Part shown: positions 46,149 through 60,139 of the stretch, one piece after another | How positions within the stretch are numbered: position 1 is the first letter of the stretch | Layout of the letters: every line of letters starts with the position of its first letter | Position numbers and translations under genes: made by a program | Assembly (NCBI GenBank): GCA_964035545.1 | Contig: OZ037773.1 | Location: 10,383,751 to 10,447,750 of the forward strand | Origin: Bugula neritina | Lineage: Eukaryota; Animalia; Bryozoa | Reading direction: 5' to 3' | DNA: 64,000 nt | The notes under the pieces: model-generated | Databases searched by the model: none | The model's input: the letters and a program-made list of their open reading frames with translations, nothing else | What the model was told of the DNA's origin: nothing

Positions 46149-46257
46149 TTTGAATTAAACAACTCAAAGTCTAGAAAGCCAAAGTAAGCTAAGGTAAGCA
46201 GATACATTACTCAATACTACACTATGTATATGTTTGTTACCAGGGTTACCAGGTAAG

Positions 46258-48786
46258 ATGGACTATATAACTTACGGCAGCGAGGAGAACGGCAACCAGT
46301 CCAGAGGTGTAATTGTTTATGAGGACAAGTCCAACATGAGTAAAGCAGCCGGGCGCATGGAGTACATGAGTAAGCACAGATCACCTTTACTTCCTGTACA
46401 GGAGAAACTAGCTAAGGTGAGGCAACTCTAACTGCAGCTAGGACGGCTGCTGTGAGTGTTATTATATGTTGTCTGATTAGCAGTAAAAACTACAGTGTGA
46501 AGATACTTTAGCTAAATCCATATGAATTCTACAGAGAAACTTAATTTGTGGTAGGAGTAATCATCTCATGATGCAGATTTATTATGTTTTTATTAAAACT
46601 AATCAACAAAGTGTTGTTTGGTTGGTTGCTAGGTGACAGAAGAGCATAGTAGGGGTGTGATGTTGAGTGCTCCAGACAGTACGATGATCCTCACCAACAT
46701 GCTCAAGTTCAGCGGGGCTAAGAAGTGTATCGACGTGGGTAAGACAAACCTTGCTCATGTCACAGAGTATATGTATTACCACATGCACACACCTGCACAC
46801 ACCTGCATACACCTGCGCACACCTGAATACACCTGAACACACTTGCACACACCGGGCCTTCGCACACTTGAAATGAGACTTTATATAAGCGGTGTGAAAT
46901 TTGAATATTCCTAATTTCAAGTTAAATTGCAAGTTTTCATTACACGGAACTTCTTGAAATTTCACTGGAATAAAAGATAATTACTTTTTTAAATTACTAC
47001 ATTACTTGAGCAGCTGTGACAAATTGCTTGCTCTTGTAAAGTTAAATAGAAAACTAACTTTATGTTCTACTGATCACTACTACTAAATGTAAAGCTTGTG
47101 TTATCTGTTAAGTTCCAGGTAATCCCTAGTAGCCTACTGATATTTTATAATATTATACTAACAGACACTGATAGTACTAATATCCTATATAATATGAGAG
47201 AAATACCATATCTAGGATGATGTATTACCGCTGGTTTCCTGTTCCAGGGGTGTTCACGGGGTACAGCGCCCTCTCCTGGGCTCTGAGCATACCCGAGGAC
47301 GGGAAGGTTGTTGCACTCGATGTGTCCGAGGAAGACGCATCTATCGGGAAGCCATTTTGGAAAGAGGCGGGTGTTGAACATAAGATAGATCTGAGAATAG
47401 CTCCGGCTAACAAATCCCTTCGTAAGTTTCTGCGTATTCCAATTTGCACTTCTTTATTTTATTCTCTTGGAGTTATGCTCTCTCACTATATTTACTCTCA
47501 CTCTGTTGGAGTTATACTCCCTTACTACCTATGTTACTTTGTACACACAATGCAACAAAACTCTTATAAAAGGCTATTGAGAAATAAAGCAAGATTGTTA
47601 AATCTGAAAAGCTGATGCAATATCACTAGAAGTTGTCCTCTTTTGTCTTACAGAAGAGATGCTAGACTCGGGAGAGGGTGGGTCCTATGACTTCATGTAT
47701 ATTGATGCTGACAAGGAAGGCTATGATACGTACTATGAACTCGGACTAAAACTCTTACGAGCAGGCGGAATCATTGCAATTGACAATGTAAGCTAAGCAG
47801 TGTAACTATCTAAAGTATCACAACTGTAATGTGTCACACTGTATTGTAATGTGTCACACTGTATGTAATGTGTCACACTGTATTGTAATGTGTCACACTG
47901 TATTGTAATACGTCGCACTGTAGGTAATGTGTCACACTGAATTGTAATGTGTCACACTGTATGTAATGTGTCACACTGTATGTAATGTGTCACACTGTAC
48001 TGTAATGTGTCACACTGTATGTAATGTGTCACACTGTATGTAATGTGTCACACTGTATGTAATGTGTCACACTGTATGTAATGTGTCACACTGTATGTAA
48101 TGTGTCACACTGTATTGTAATGTGACACACTGTATTGTAAGACGTCGCAATAACTCCAATGTGTCACATGATCATGTCTGATTGATAAACTAAAAACTAA
48201 ATAGTTTGCATTTATTATTATATGCAGGAAAAGCTATTTATGTTTCGGAATAATATAATTTACTATCACCATAAAATGAGTCATATATAACAGGATGTAG
48301 ACTTGTTGGAAGAAACCTATTAGCTATGTTTGCAGTAGTTTACAATACTTTTAGTTTTATAAACTCTATAATTTGCTCTAATTTGTCACAAAAATTAAAC
48401 TGGGTGAAATGAATTTTAATTTGTATCACGGTCATGGTAAGTTTGCTCTTCAAAAAGATAAACTCGAAATTTAGATTACAGGAGAACTTGAACTTTATTA
48501 GGTATGAATACTGAGGGTTAACTGTTTATACTAAATGAAACTGAAAATGGTGAACTAACATAGAATGACTCCCTGGCAAGGCCCAAACATGCAGGATTCA
48601 CATTTTTACTAATTAAAACAATTTAATTTGCAGACCTGGTTTTTCGGCACCTTAGTGGATACAAGTATTAAAGATGCAGGGGTACAAGTACTTCGTGCAC
48701 TGAACGAGAAAATTAGAGAAGATGTGAGAGTAACAGCTGTCATGGTGAATGCAGGAGATGGCATTTTTCTGTGTCTTAAAAACTGA
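46258..48786 (+). CDS. SAM-dependent O-methyltransferase, COMTD1/caffeoyl-CoA OMT-like (Methyltransf_3)
   Basis: Exons 46258-46416, 46633-46738, 47248-47421, 47654-47787, 48634-48786. Motifs AKKCIDVGVFTGYSAL, WKEAGVEHKIDLRIAPA, SYDFMYIDADKEGYDTYYE..LLRAGGIIAIDN, GDGIFLC. Confidence 0.93.
47824..48128. repeat. 19-20-bp intronic minisatellite (TGTAATGTGTCACACTGTA)n
   Basis: About 15 copies. Confidence 0.9.
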
Positions 48787-49309
48787 ACTTTGCAAGTGAA
48801 TTTCTAAAAGAATGTCTGGCCAGTATAAATGTGAAGGCTTTAGTATATTAGGTAGTAATCTTGTTGATTTGTGTGGTTTGTGTAAGTATAAGTAAGTAGA
48901 TGTAGTAGATATCTGTATAGCTGTAGTTACAATAATTAGTGTATATATATACAAGTAACAAGTGAAATATAGAAATTAGGTAAAGTACATGTGTAATTTG
49001 GGTCAATGTCTCCTCTGAAGTCATGCAGTTTCTTATTTGTGTCAGTTAATTGCATTGTCCTATGTCTTATGTATTAATTAGTAGTGCATTGCCATATAGC
49101 ATTTTAATCTTAGTATAGTTATGCTAGTGCAAAATTTTCCTGTTTTGTTATATTATTTTTTACTACCTGATTTTAATGCAAGCAACTATAATGCCTTCTA
49201 TTATATGTATAGTTACATGCAATAAATTGATTCAAATATGAATATAATACATGTAGGCTATCCTATTTTCCTGTGGAGACTGGGTTACTTAGCTCACCTC
49301 TCGTTATTT

Positions 49310-49327
49310 GCTTGTCGGTCTGTCTGC

Positions 49328-49358
<31 letters not shown>

Positions 49359-49359
49359 C

Positions 49360-49390
<31 letters not shown>
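49310..49390. repeat. (TGTC)n microsatellite
   Basis: Seen directly. Confidence 0.85.
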
Positions 49391-49391
<1 letters not shown>

Positions 49392-49499
49392 AAGCTCACT
49401 AATTGGTACCTTTCTAGAATGTGCAGAAGATGTAGTCTCTGTTTTAATTGCTGTTACTTACTTTAGAAAAGAAAATTAAATTATAATTTGATACTTTAA

Positions 49500-52400
49500 A
49501 CATCGTAGGCATCCAGGTTATTTCGATAAAATCAATTACTGTTAATTAAAAGTTCATACTTTTTTAGTTGCATTCACAAAATATTTAAAAAAAATCTCAA
49601 CTCAATATACCAGAAAAAATGAATTAAAATATATGTGTTAATAGCACTGATATTGACGTGACCGTGGCACATGAAAAATCTGAAAGAAGAGTTGTCTTCT
49701 ATTTTTCTATATTAACGTATAGAGCTTGCCGTGAAAATACAGATTTTTAAAAAAAAATATTGTGACCCTCTGGTAACTTTTTGAATTTAGAAAATTGGCT
49801 CATATATTTCTTTTCATGTGGACAACAGCTCACTTTTTTTTAAATTTATTTTGAAGCTCTTTTCGTAAAAAATAATCAAAAGTAAAAAATCCAAAATTTT
49901 TACAAATTGGTTCGGGGCTTGACGTGAAAGGCGTTTGGACAAAGATGTCAAGGTCACCATTAATAAATATATTATTTCATCACAATACTGCACGGAAAGT
50001 TAATGAAGTGAGCTGAAAATTAGGTTGCTAGCATATTGATATACATTATATTGGTTGTTACAGTATTATTTTTTAAATTTGTTTTGTTATCAGTTATGTT
50101 TAACTTTTTCATAAAGCTGCTGTTAGACTAAGAGTAAGACATAATATTACCATTACTAATGGTAATATTATGTCTTACTAGCCCGCATTAGCAACAATGA
50201 TAATATTAAATTAAAATTATTATTAAATTCACGGTGAAGTGTCACTATGACTATGATACTCTATAACTATGAGTATGAGTATCGTATAAATTAATTATAA
50301 TGAGTATGAGTATCACTATGACATTAACTCAATCAGTGATTGACTATGTCTATTACTATGAATATGACTATGCATAACTCAATGAGAATATCAATATGAA
50401 TATGGCTTCTAATTCTTGTAACTTTTGACTATGACGATGCTGATACTGATAATCACTGCCAGCCCAAGTCTCATACTCATAGTGATACTATTACTATTGT
50501 CTATTAGTATTAATAATTAGTATTACTCTTAGTACAACTACTAGTATTACTCATAGTTCTGATAATGATGCAGATGATAGTTTTAGAAGTTCTACTTCTA
50601 CTTTTAATTTTATAGTACGCTAGATTGTATATGTTGAACTCTACTCATTTTTTACTACTAATGCTAATACTAATAGTAATAGTAATAATGATTATAGTTG
50701 TTATAATGATAGTAATACTAATAGTAATAACAACTATTTAAATTTGATAATTCATGTTTTACAACAGCATTATCACTTATCAATTACATTGGTTCATAAT
50801 ATGCTTATTTTAATTTTGCTTTGTGTGTTTTGTCATGTTGTAAATTTAAGTTTGTATGGTTATTTAATGAACTAGAGAACTAGCCAAATGTTATGTAACA
50901 GTTGCAATAATTTACTATAAACTCAGTGAAATTTAAAACCTAATTGATATTACTATAACATTGATTGTACAGAGGTAGCTAAAATATACATTAAATTACC
51001 AATAATTTTAACTCGCCAATACACTATGAGTAGAACAATCAAATGCAATGATAGAAAATTAATTAGTCATAGCAGCCCGTTGCTTGAAGAACATCAAGCT
51101 ACAGGTCTAAAATTATGTAGTTTTGTGATCCATTACATAACAAAATAATTTTTTTCAAACTGGTTTAATACTTTTATTATGAACACGCTTATCAAAGTAA
51201 CATGTTTGTGATGTATATTCTATTAAAAAAGCAATCACATCAGGTTTTCAACTTGTATGTTGTACAATGTTTATTATGGTGACAAGTTACTAAATCATAT
51301 GGTTCAGCTTTGTAAAGTAAAGCTGATAAAATAAATACAAGTATGTGATTGTTTTACTACTATATATTAAATTTAAATGAGTTGAATAATATCCTAGTGC
51401 AGTGAATTAGATATTTTTTAGCTTTGGTACACCTGTTTGTTATAGGCTAACATTCCACCAATAGAAGAATGGTGCAAGTAGAAGAAATTTCAGGCGCAGA
51501 AAGCTAAGGAGCAGTCAGAATGCTGCCAGAGTTGTGAAGAGGCACTTGAAAAAGCTGAATTTCAATAATGACATGACATTCGTAACATATCACCCTGGTG
51601 TATTTGAACTGACATGGCCAGCAGAGTTCTCGAAGTCACATTCAACAGCTATTTACATCATCATGGTTAGCTTAAATTTAATTCCTATATCAGTCTCTAA
51701 TATATAGTTTGATATCTGCTGTAAATTCGCTTAAGGAGCATACACATAACCAAAACTGAGTTACACTATAGTATTTGTTCTTGAATATATTTACCAAGAT
51801 AAGTAGATTTGCTAATTCATTTTAACAGTAAAATTATAATGATACAACAATTTTTCTTTTAGATGATTCAATCAATAACACAAGACACTACAACATGGTT
51901 TTGCAGTTATAGAGTATTAATTTTCTGGCTCTTTCCAAATCTTCATAGAAGGCAAAGAAAACCACCGTCAGCTTGCCTTTATAACTGAGTGCAAGCTTCT
52001 TCCACCTACAGATGATGATAAACAATTTGCTGATGTGGAACTTTCTAATTTTGTTTACAATGAAGATAGATTATAGGACATTATTCTTTATGTAAAGATT
52101 GTCAAGTTTTGTTATAATTAAGAACAGTTTTAGTTTCAATAAATCAGTTCAACATTATGGACATCATTGCACAAACATTTTAATCTTTACTATCTACAAA
52201 GGTATCTGATGAACTACTTGAAAATACAAAACTATGCTCCAGATACACAATGAACTGACCAGCAAAGTTAAAATGAGTTGGAGATGTAGAACATAATATC
52301 TTGTTCAAGGCTTTTCCCTGCTGTTGGAACCTTCTTCTTCAGAACACTGAATTGAACAAACATATGTAGATATATAAAACTTTGCAAACAATAATAATGT

Positions 52401-54838
52401 GAAATTAGTTGCTAAGTATCACATTGCTAATAAATACAGCATTGTGTAATATTTTATTTAATTTTTTTTTGAGCCATTTGATCTATAGGCCCGCATAGTA
52501 TTTACTATATTATAACTAATAAATTGCAGACACATTATGTCAGACCAGTCTCCATTTAAATAGAATAGTGTAGGCTATCAAATTTGTAGAAGTAAAAAAC
52601 CGCATTCTTATTGAGTAAAATACTTACCTTTTTTTTCATGATGCCTCTACTGCTAAAAAGAGAAGTTTTTATCAATACAGCTCCATCAATCCGTATCCTG
52701 ATGAAGCTAGTAGTTTAGGAACATTTGTGGCGGGAGTGTAGGCTGAGCTGCAGTATAGGAAGAACCCCAACATATGTAATCTATTCAGCACATTATATGT
52801 ATTGTAGAAATTTATTCAAAAAAGAATTTAGAAAATGCTTCATGAAGCATGAACAAAATAAAAATTAATGCTGTAATATTATTACACCCATTAGAATTAC
52901 TAGCAGCTATAGCATTAAAATTATGTATTTTTATAAAAATGTGTCTAATTTATGCTACAAAGTTATTACTGCCAAAGGTTACAGAATTTACCAGTCACAT
53001 TCATGCAGCTGATGGAGAATAACTAACCTTCACATGCAATAAATACAATTAGTAGCTCTATCTAAAACTAATGCGCTGCTAAATGTTAGGAGTATAAGTT
53101 ATAGTTATTCTAAGGAATAATTGCAAAAAAAGTTACGTAGAGGAATTTAACTCTTATTATATTGTAATTATCTTCCAAGATATATTACAACATCACTACT
53201 TGGATACATACAATGTCATATTTATATTGGCATCAACATAATTTTCAATAATTTCCAATCTATTAACTTGAGCATTATGATTGTGATTATTTTATAAATA
53301 AGGCGATGATTAGGCACTGTTGGTATTTTGGTTCAATTTATTTATAGCTGTAACAGGCAGAGTTGTAAATATAATGGATATATCAAAATTCCAATGGGTA
53401 TAGTACTCTAACACAACATTGATACTAATAATTGTAGTCACTTACTCTTAGAGTTAGTGAATGATGATACAGTCATAACAATTTGAATATCAATCAGCAT
53501 TAGAGATAGACTGACTGCTTTATAATATTATAGTTATTATGTCAAATTGAATTTATTCACTATAAATAAAAAAATTATGATTATAATTATAAATTAAAAT
53601 AATTTAAATATTATATAATATATTGATAATTATTGGAATCATAATTATATTTATTGTTATGATCATTATGATTATAATTATTTAATGTTATCTTTATGTT
53701 TGTATTTAAAATTGTTCCTTAAATCTAAAGTTGTTTAAGTTTTTTTAAATTTATTATAATTATATTACTGTATAAGTATTGCTATTAGTATTAGTATAAT
53801 TAAATTATTATAATTTATATTTTATTATTTACATTTATTTTACTTTTTATTTTAAGACCAACAGTTCAAATTAATACTTGTGTCGTTTGCTCTATATTAT
53901 AACTTACAAGTATAACTATTAACATAATAATATTAGATTTGCTGTTAGTATTACTATGAATATAAATATTTATGTTAATATAGCTAATGCTATCGGTATA
54001 ACTTATACTTATAGTTATAACTAATATTACAAGTATTAGTTTCGAAACTGATCCTGCTCCGTAACATTAACATACTGATACTGTCATATGATTATCATTA
54101 TGACTAATAATGGTATTAATAAATATAACCATTGGATATTATTAATAATAGTTCACCAATACTAATAGGCGATAGTCATAGACTTAGAGTGAGAGTCATA
54201 GACATAGACTAGTGATACTCATACTGATAAGTGATAGTGATACTGTGATTCACTGATTCAATTACAAATTTTAAAACTTGTTTTTACGTAGACAACTACT
54301 AACCTATAGTTCATCACAAAACGGTTGAAAATCATCATTTACTGCATATTTAAGAGTGATTTTCTGGTAGTGTGGTCGACATGATAATTGAAATTAAAAT
54401 AGGAAAAATAATTATTTTGTGATTTACAGCAAGTTACAAACTAGCGAAATGGAATAGTCCATTTGAAAACAGTCAAATTAGTTACCTTTCTTGATGTTGC
54501 GTAGCTAACGTTAGTTATTAGTAGCCGCCCGAAGAGTAACATGCATGTGATTTGAGCTACGAATAACGAGAATCTGTGACAAACCCGCTTCTTAATAACT
54601 TTACGCGATATAAACTCACGCTACAATAGGGCTATTTTGCCATCCCCACGTCAGAATAGGACACGGAGGGCAAGCTCGCGGGCAAGTCTGGGCAAGTCTA
54701 AGACACCTAATATGACCACTTTTACTTGCATTTTTGTAGTGTTTTCGTATAAGAAATTGGATAAAATGCTGATAAAACAGTTGAAAAGCATGCAAACTTT
54801 TGCTCAAATGTCATAAATAACCTGGATGCTTACGGCCT
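49500..54838. mobile_element. Degenerate Kolobok-superfamily DNA transposon (~5.3 kb, non-autonomous)
   Basis: TTAA at 49496-49499 and 54839-54842; termini ACATCGTAGGCATCCAGGTTATTT versus reverse complement AGGCCGTAAGCATCCAGGTTATTT (20/24 match); internal decayed KolX-like coding pieces. Confidence 0.8.
51422..52000 (+). pseudogene. KolX / P2X7-intracellular-domain-like accessory gene remnant of the Kolobok element
   Basis: Fragments EEWCK*KKFQ..SECCQSCEE, VTYHPG and WFCSYRVLIFWLFPNLHRRQRKPPSACLYN*VQ resemble WCxCxxC..ExxCC, CITxHPGF and AYRxFxxWxxxxLGxxxRxxLPxC; stops and frameshifts present. Confidence 0.65.
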
Positions 54839-55972
54839 TTAAACACTGTTGGTCACTGCAGACATTAAATTGATTTTCAATTTATATAGCCTAAATTACT
54901 CTGCCATAATTATTATGCTCTGCAACCACAACCCCAAACCCCAATCAAACTCAGTTGCTTTCTCGTACAATTATGCTTGCGAAATGTGTACCTCAGAGTT
55001 GCCCTCTCTCTACAAAATCTTGAACCATAGTAGATATTTTTTATGAATGTTAACTTTGAAAATTGAAAAAAAACAATTCATAAAATTAAATTATAAAAAA
55101 ATTTTATTTTTATGATTTTTTGTTGCAAGTATAAGTGTGAAAATGTCGCACTGAAACAATACCGGAGGGTTTCCTAACCAGATATATTCCGGAGTAAGCC
55201 ATGGCTTTGGGATTTTATAATATTAATTATTAACTTAATTAGATTACTTTTATGAAATTTAATTTGAATATATATTATCAAATATGTAAAAAAATGTTAA
55301 AATTTAGGTCAATTTATTGCTAAAAAAATGCTTCAGACTAAATTAATAAATGCAGTCTTAATTGGGTAATTTTAATTTGGTAGTAGCACTAGTTCTAGTA
55401 GTAATACTTATACTACTACTAGTAGTAGTAGTAGTACTAGTAGACAGTAGTAGTACTAGTACTTGCAGTACCACTACTACTACTAATACTACTACTACTA
55501 CTAATACTAGTACTCAACAGTACTGGTAGTAGTACTAGGTCTAGTACAGTAGTAGTAGTAGTAGTAATACTAAAACTAAAAGTAAAAGCCTACTAGTACT
55601 AGTACATTCAACATTGTTGCCTGTTCATTTTGTAAATAATTTCCCTCCACTTTACTATCAAGTTGATGTTATGATTATGATTAATCTAAAGCGTGTAGTT
55701 TTCTTATTTTGCAATAATAATATTGACTAGTTTCAATTTTAATTTAGTTATTTACCAATGTGATTATGATTATCGTTATCATTATGAGTAATTGCTAATT
55801 ATCTAGAGTCTAGGCAATTAATCAAAATTAAAATTAAATCTTTAGTTGTTACTGATGATGTGAATTTCAAAGTATGCAATAACTTTATAATATTTATATT
55901 AGAATGATAAATTAATTTCTTGATACTTTTGCGTTAAACCAACAGTGACACTGAGATACCCGACGTGTGGTG

Positions 55973-58900
55973 ATGATGACCTCCACAAGAATTGAAACAG
56001 ACAGTTTCGGAGAGATTGCCGTACCAAACTGCAAGCTGTTTGGCGCCAACACAGCCAGGTCTCTCACTAACTTCAAGATTGGTGACCATCGAGATCTCAT
56101 GCCAGTGAGTTGGTCTCCTTTGTCACGTTTAGTACTAGTAGCTCTTCTCAGCTGCTTGCTTTGTGTGTTGGTATTTGCTACCTTCTACTCTATAGCTGTA
56201 CTGGTAGCTTACCATTGCTTGCTAAATGTTTATCTGTGTATCAGCAATAAGTATGTACTGCACCAGACTGAAGTTGTGTTTGTTGCTATAGCAACTGTTA
56301 CCATGACTACTTATTAACAGATTGAAGTTGTGAGATGCTTAGCACTACTCAAGAGGGCATCTGCAGAAGTCAACAGAGAGTTTGGTCTGAGGGAAGACAT
56401 TGCAGATCTGATTGTTCAGGCGTCTCAGGAGGTGAGTGCAGGTAACTTGCTCACCTGTGTACTACTCACTTATGTACTACTCACCTGTACACTACTCACC
56501 TGTATACTACTCACCTGTATACTACTCACCTGTACACTACTCACCTGTATACTACTCACCTGTATACTACACACCTGTATACACTACTCACCTGGCTGCA
56601 GGTGTTTGAGGGGAGGTTAGACGAGCACTTCCCTCTAGTCATCTGGCAGACTGGCTCAGGAACTCAGACTAATATGAATGTAAACGAAGTGATCAGTAAC
56701 CGTGCCATACAGCTGGCTGGGGGTGAGCTAGGTTCTAAGGCTCCAGTACATCCTAATGACCACGTGAACATGAGTCAGGTAGGGCTTTTCATCACCCACC
56801 CTGTACGTGTTTACCTTGGCCTATGATCTCTACATCTGCATACAGTATATACATCTGTATACAGTGTGTACAGTGTGTTGTAGAGCTCTAATGATACATT
56901 CCCCACAGCAATGCATCTTGCGGTTGCCATGGAAACACATAAACACCTACTGCCTGCCTTGACTAAGCTGAAGTTAGCCTTAGAGAGTAAGGTGAAGGAG
57001 TTTGAGGGCATTATAAAGATCGGCCGCACACACATGCAGGTCTGAGTGTATGTTTCTCGGTCTATTTATTCTGTACACAGAGTATATATATGTACTGTTC
57101 TGTTGGTTATATGAATATGTTTAGTCTGTGTACCTATCAGTATTCTTACAATATGCGGTGCTGTGTAGGATGCCACCCCCTTGTCACTCAGTCAAGAGTT
57201 TAGTGGTTATGTACAGCAGGTTACCAACTCTATAGAGAGAGTAAAGTCAGCCCTTCCCAGAGTGCACCAGCTGGCAGCAGGTCATCATATGTATATACTA
57301 TATATATTATTATATGTATATACTATCTATATTATCATATGTATATACTATCTATATTATCATATGTATATACTATATATATTATCATATGTATATACTA
57401 TCTATATTATCATATGTATATACTATATATATTATCATATGTATATACTATATATATTATCATATGTATATACTATCTATATTATCATACGTATACATTT
57501 TGTTTCCAGGAGGCACTGCAGTTGGCACTGGACTCAACACTAGACTGGGGTTTGCTGAGAAAGTAGCCTCTAAACTCTCAGAACTTACGGGTGGGTATAT
57601 GCACACTCGTACTCTATCAGAACTTGTGGTCTCATTGTTCAAATTTAATCTGTTTCCTTCCGTAATCAGCAACTATCTTTAGTTATCTGTAATTGTAAAT
57701 TTTACGATAAATACTATCTAAAACTTTAGGTCATGATTACAGGGTTACCGTTGGTTACTGTTGTTACAGGGTTACCGTCGGTTACTGTTGTTACAGGGTT
57801 ACCGTTGGTTACGTCACCAAACAAGTTTGAGTCTCTCGCCACTAACGACGCTCTGGTGGAGTTTCACGGCTCCTTGAATGTGACAGCAGTTAGTCTGATG
57901 AAGATAGGTGAGTGCTCACTCTACATCTCTCTGCTCACTCTACATCTCTCTGCTCACTCTACATCTCTCTGCTCACTCTACATCTCTCTGCTCACTCTAC
58001 ATCTCTCTGCTCACTCTACATCTCTCTGCTCACTCTACATCTCTCTGCTCACTCTACATCTCTCTGCTCACTCTACATCTCTCTGCTCACTCTACATCTC
58101 TCTGCTCACTCTACATCTCTCTGCTCACTCTACATCTCTCTGCTCACTCTACATCTCTCTGCTCACTCTACATCTCTCTGCTCACTCTACATCTCTCTGC
58201 TCACTCTACATCTCTCTGCTCACTCTACATCTCTCTGCTCACTCTACATCTCTCTGCTCACTCTACATCTCTCTGCTCACTCTACATCTCTCTGCTCACT
58301 CTACATCTCTCTGCTCACTCTACATCTCTCTGCTCACTCTACATCTCTCTGCTCACTCTACATCTCTCTGCTCACTCTACATCTCTCTGCTCACTCTACA
58401 TCTCTCTGCTCACTCTACATCTCTCTGCTCACTCTACATCTCTCTGCTCACTCTACATCTCTCTGCTCACTCTACATCTCTCTGCTCACTCTACATCTCT
58501 CTGCTCACTCTAGTCTGGAGGTACAAACCTGAGTGAATCATATGTGATGTCATTCACACCGTTTCTAGTTCTACTATTGCAGGAAATGACATCAGATTGC
58601 TAGCCTCAGGCCCACGGTGTGGTATTGGGGAACTGATTCTACCAGAGAATGAGCCGGGGAGTAGCATAATGCCCGGTAGGTACTCAGTTAGCTGGTAGGT
58701 GCTCAGTCTACACAGCTGAGGCACGGTTACAGCTCCACTATATGAGCGCGTGTGTCGTAGTGCCTGTATTAGGCTGTCCATTATTTTACTATTTCAAGGT
58801 ATTTTGTCTGCTAGTTATGTGTGTATTACTTGTGTTCAAATTGTCTTAATGACTTGAGTGTAATGCATAAGTTTATATATTGTTATATACTGTGTTACCA

Positions 58901-59903
58901 GGCAAAGTCAATCCTACTCAATGTGAGTCACTCACAATGATATGTGCCCAGGTAATGGGTAACAACACAGCCGTGACCTTCGGTGGCAGTCAAGGTCATT
59001 GTGAACTGAATGTATTCCGTCCGATGATCATATCGAATATCTTGCAGAGTGTTCGGCTTATTTCCTCGGGCTGTGTTTCCTTTACCGACAAGTGCATTGT
59101 GGGTAGGTGTTGGTATGTGATAACTTGGTGATGTCATCTCTAGCTACTCTGTATATCATGTGATGACAACTCCTACTAGCTGTTTGCTGCCGTATTCCAG
59201 GTATGGAGGTCAACAGAGAGAGAATACAATCCCATCTCAACCAGTCTCTCATGTTGGTGACAGCGTTGAATAGTCACTTGGGGTAAGTTTATCACTACAT
59301 AGTAACACTATACACAGTAACACTACACAGTAACACTACATAGTAACACTACACAGTAACACTACATAGTAACACTACACAGTAACACTACACAGTAACA
59401 CTACATAGTAACACTACATAGTAACACTACATAGTAACACTACACAGTAACACTACACAGTAACACTACACAGTAACACTACACAGTAACACTACATGGT
59501 AACACTACATAGTAACACTACACAGTAACACTACACAGTAACACTACATAGTAACACTACATAGTACCACTACACAGTAACACTACACAGTAACACTACA
59601 CAGTAACACTACACAGTAACACTACATAGTAACACTACATAGTAACACTACACAGTAACACTACACAGTAACACTACACAGTAACACTACATAGTAACAC
59701 TACACTAGATAGCAGAGTAAGTTAGGGTTTATCTCCCCTGTATAAATTTCTATTGCAGATATGACAAGGCCTGCTCTATTGCTAAAAATGCTCATAGAAA
59801 TAAACTTACACTGAAAGAAGCAGCCTTAGAACTTGGGCTATTAACTGAGAGTGAGTTTGATGAGTGGGTCTGCCCCGATCTCATGATATCCCCTAAGCCA
59901 TGA
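55973..59903 (+). CDS. FH: Fumarate hydratase class II (fumarase)
   Basis: 11 exons: 55973-56104, 56321-56431, 56602-56778, 56884-57039, 57169-57280, 57510-57590, 57797-57907, 58583-58675, 58902-59102, 59201-59282, 59759-59903. Motifs [68 protein letters not shown]. Confidence 0.95.
56448..56593. repeat. 15-bp intronic minisatellite (CTCACCTGTATACTA)n
   Basis: Seen directly. Confidence 0.9.
57283..57496. repeat. 25-bp intronic minisatellite
   Basis: ATATGTATATACTATCTATATTATC, about 8 copies. Confidence 0.9.
57912..58511. repeat. 19-bp near-perfect intronic minisatellite (CTCTACATCTCTCTGCTCA)n
   Basis: About 31 copies; source of spurious ORFs in three frames. Confidence 0.95.
59292..59705. 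repeat. 13-bp intronic minisatellite (AGTAACACTACAY)n
   Basis: About 31 copies. Confidence 0.95.
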
Positions 59904-60139
59904 GATCTCATACTAAATTTACTCCATCTCTTCCACAGTATTATTACATTAGTATGCTATATACTAGTTTATTATTCTGTATATAGAGAGTAGATAACTC
60001 TAGGTATAGGTCTCAGTATTATTGTTTACAGAATATAGCAAATATTATGTTTATCTGTTTACTTGGTGCTGGAAGTGAGACTTTTATATGTTGTAGTGTT
60101 TTATAGTCTTTAAGTATGCATCATATTTCCACTTGTATC

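Noticed and set aside
52160-52760. Minus-strand exon-like pieces that could be Kolobok transposase remnants
   Set aside because: Stops in the frames examined and no diagnostic motif; not called separately.
57908-58536. 200-aa repetitive ORFs in three frames
   Set aside because: Stop-free 19-bp minisatellite in an FH intron.
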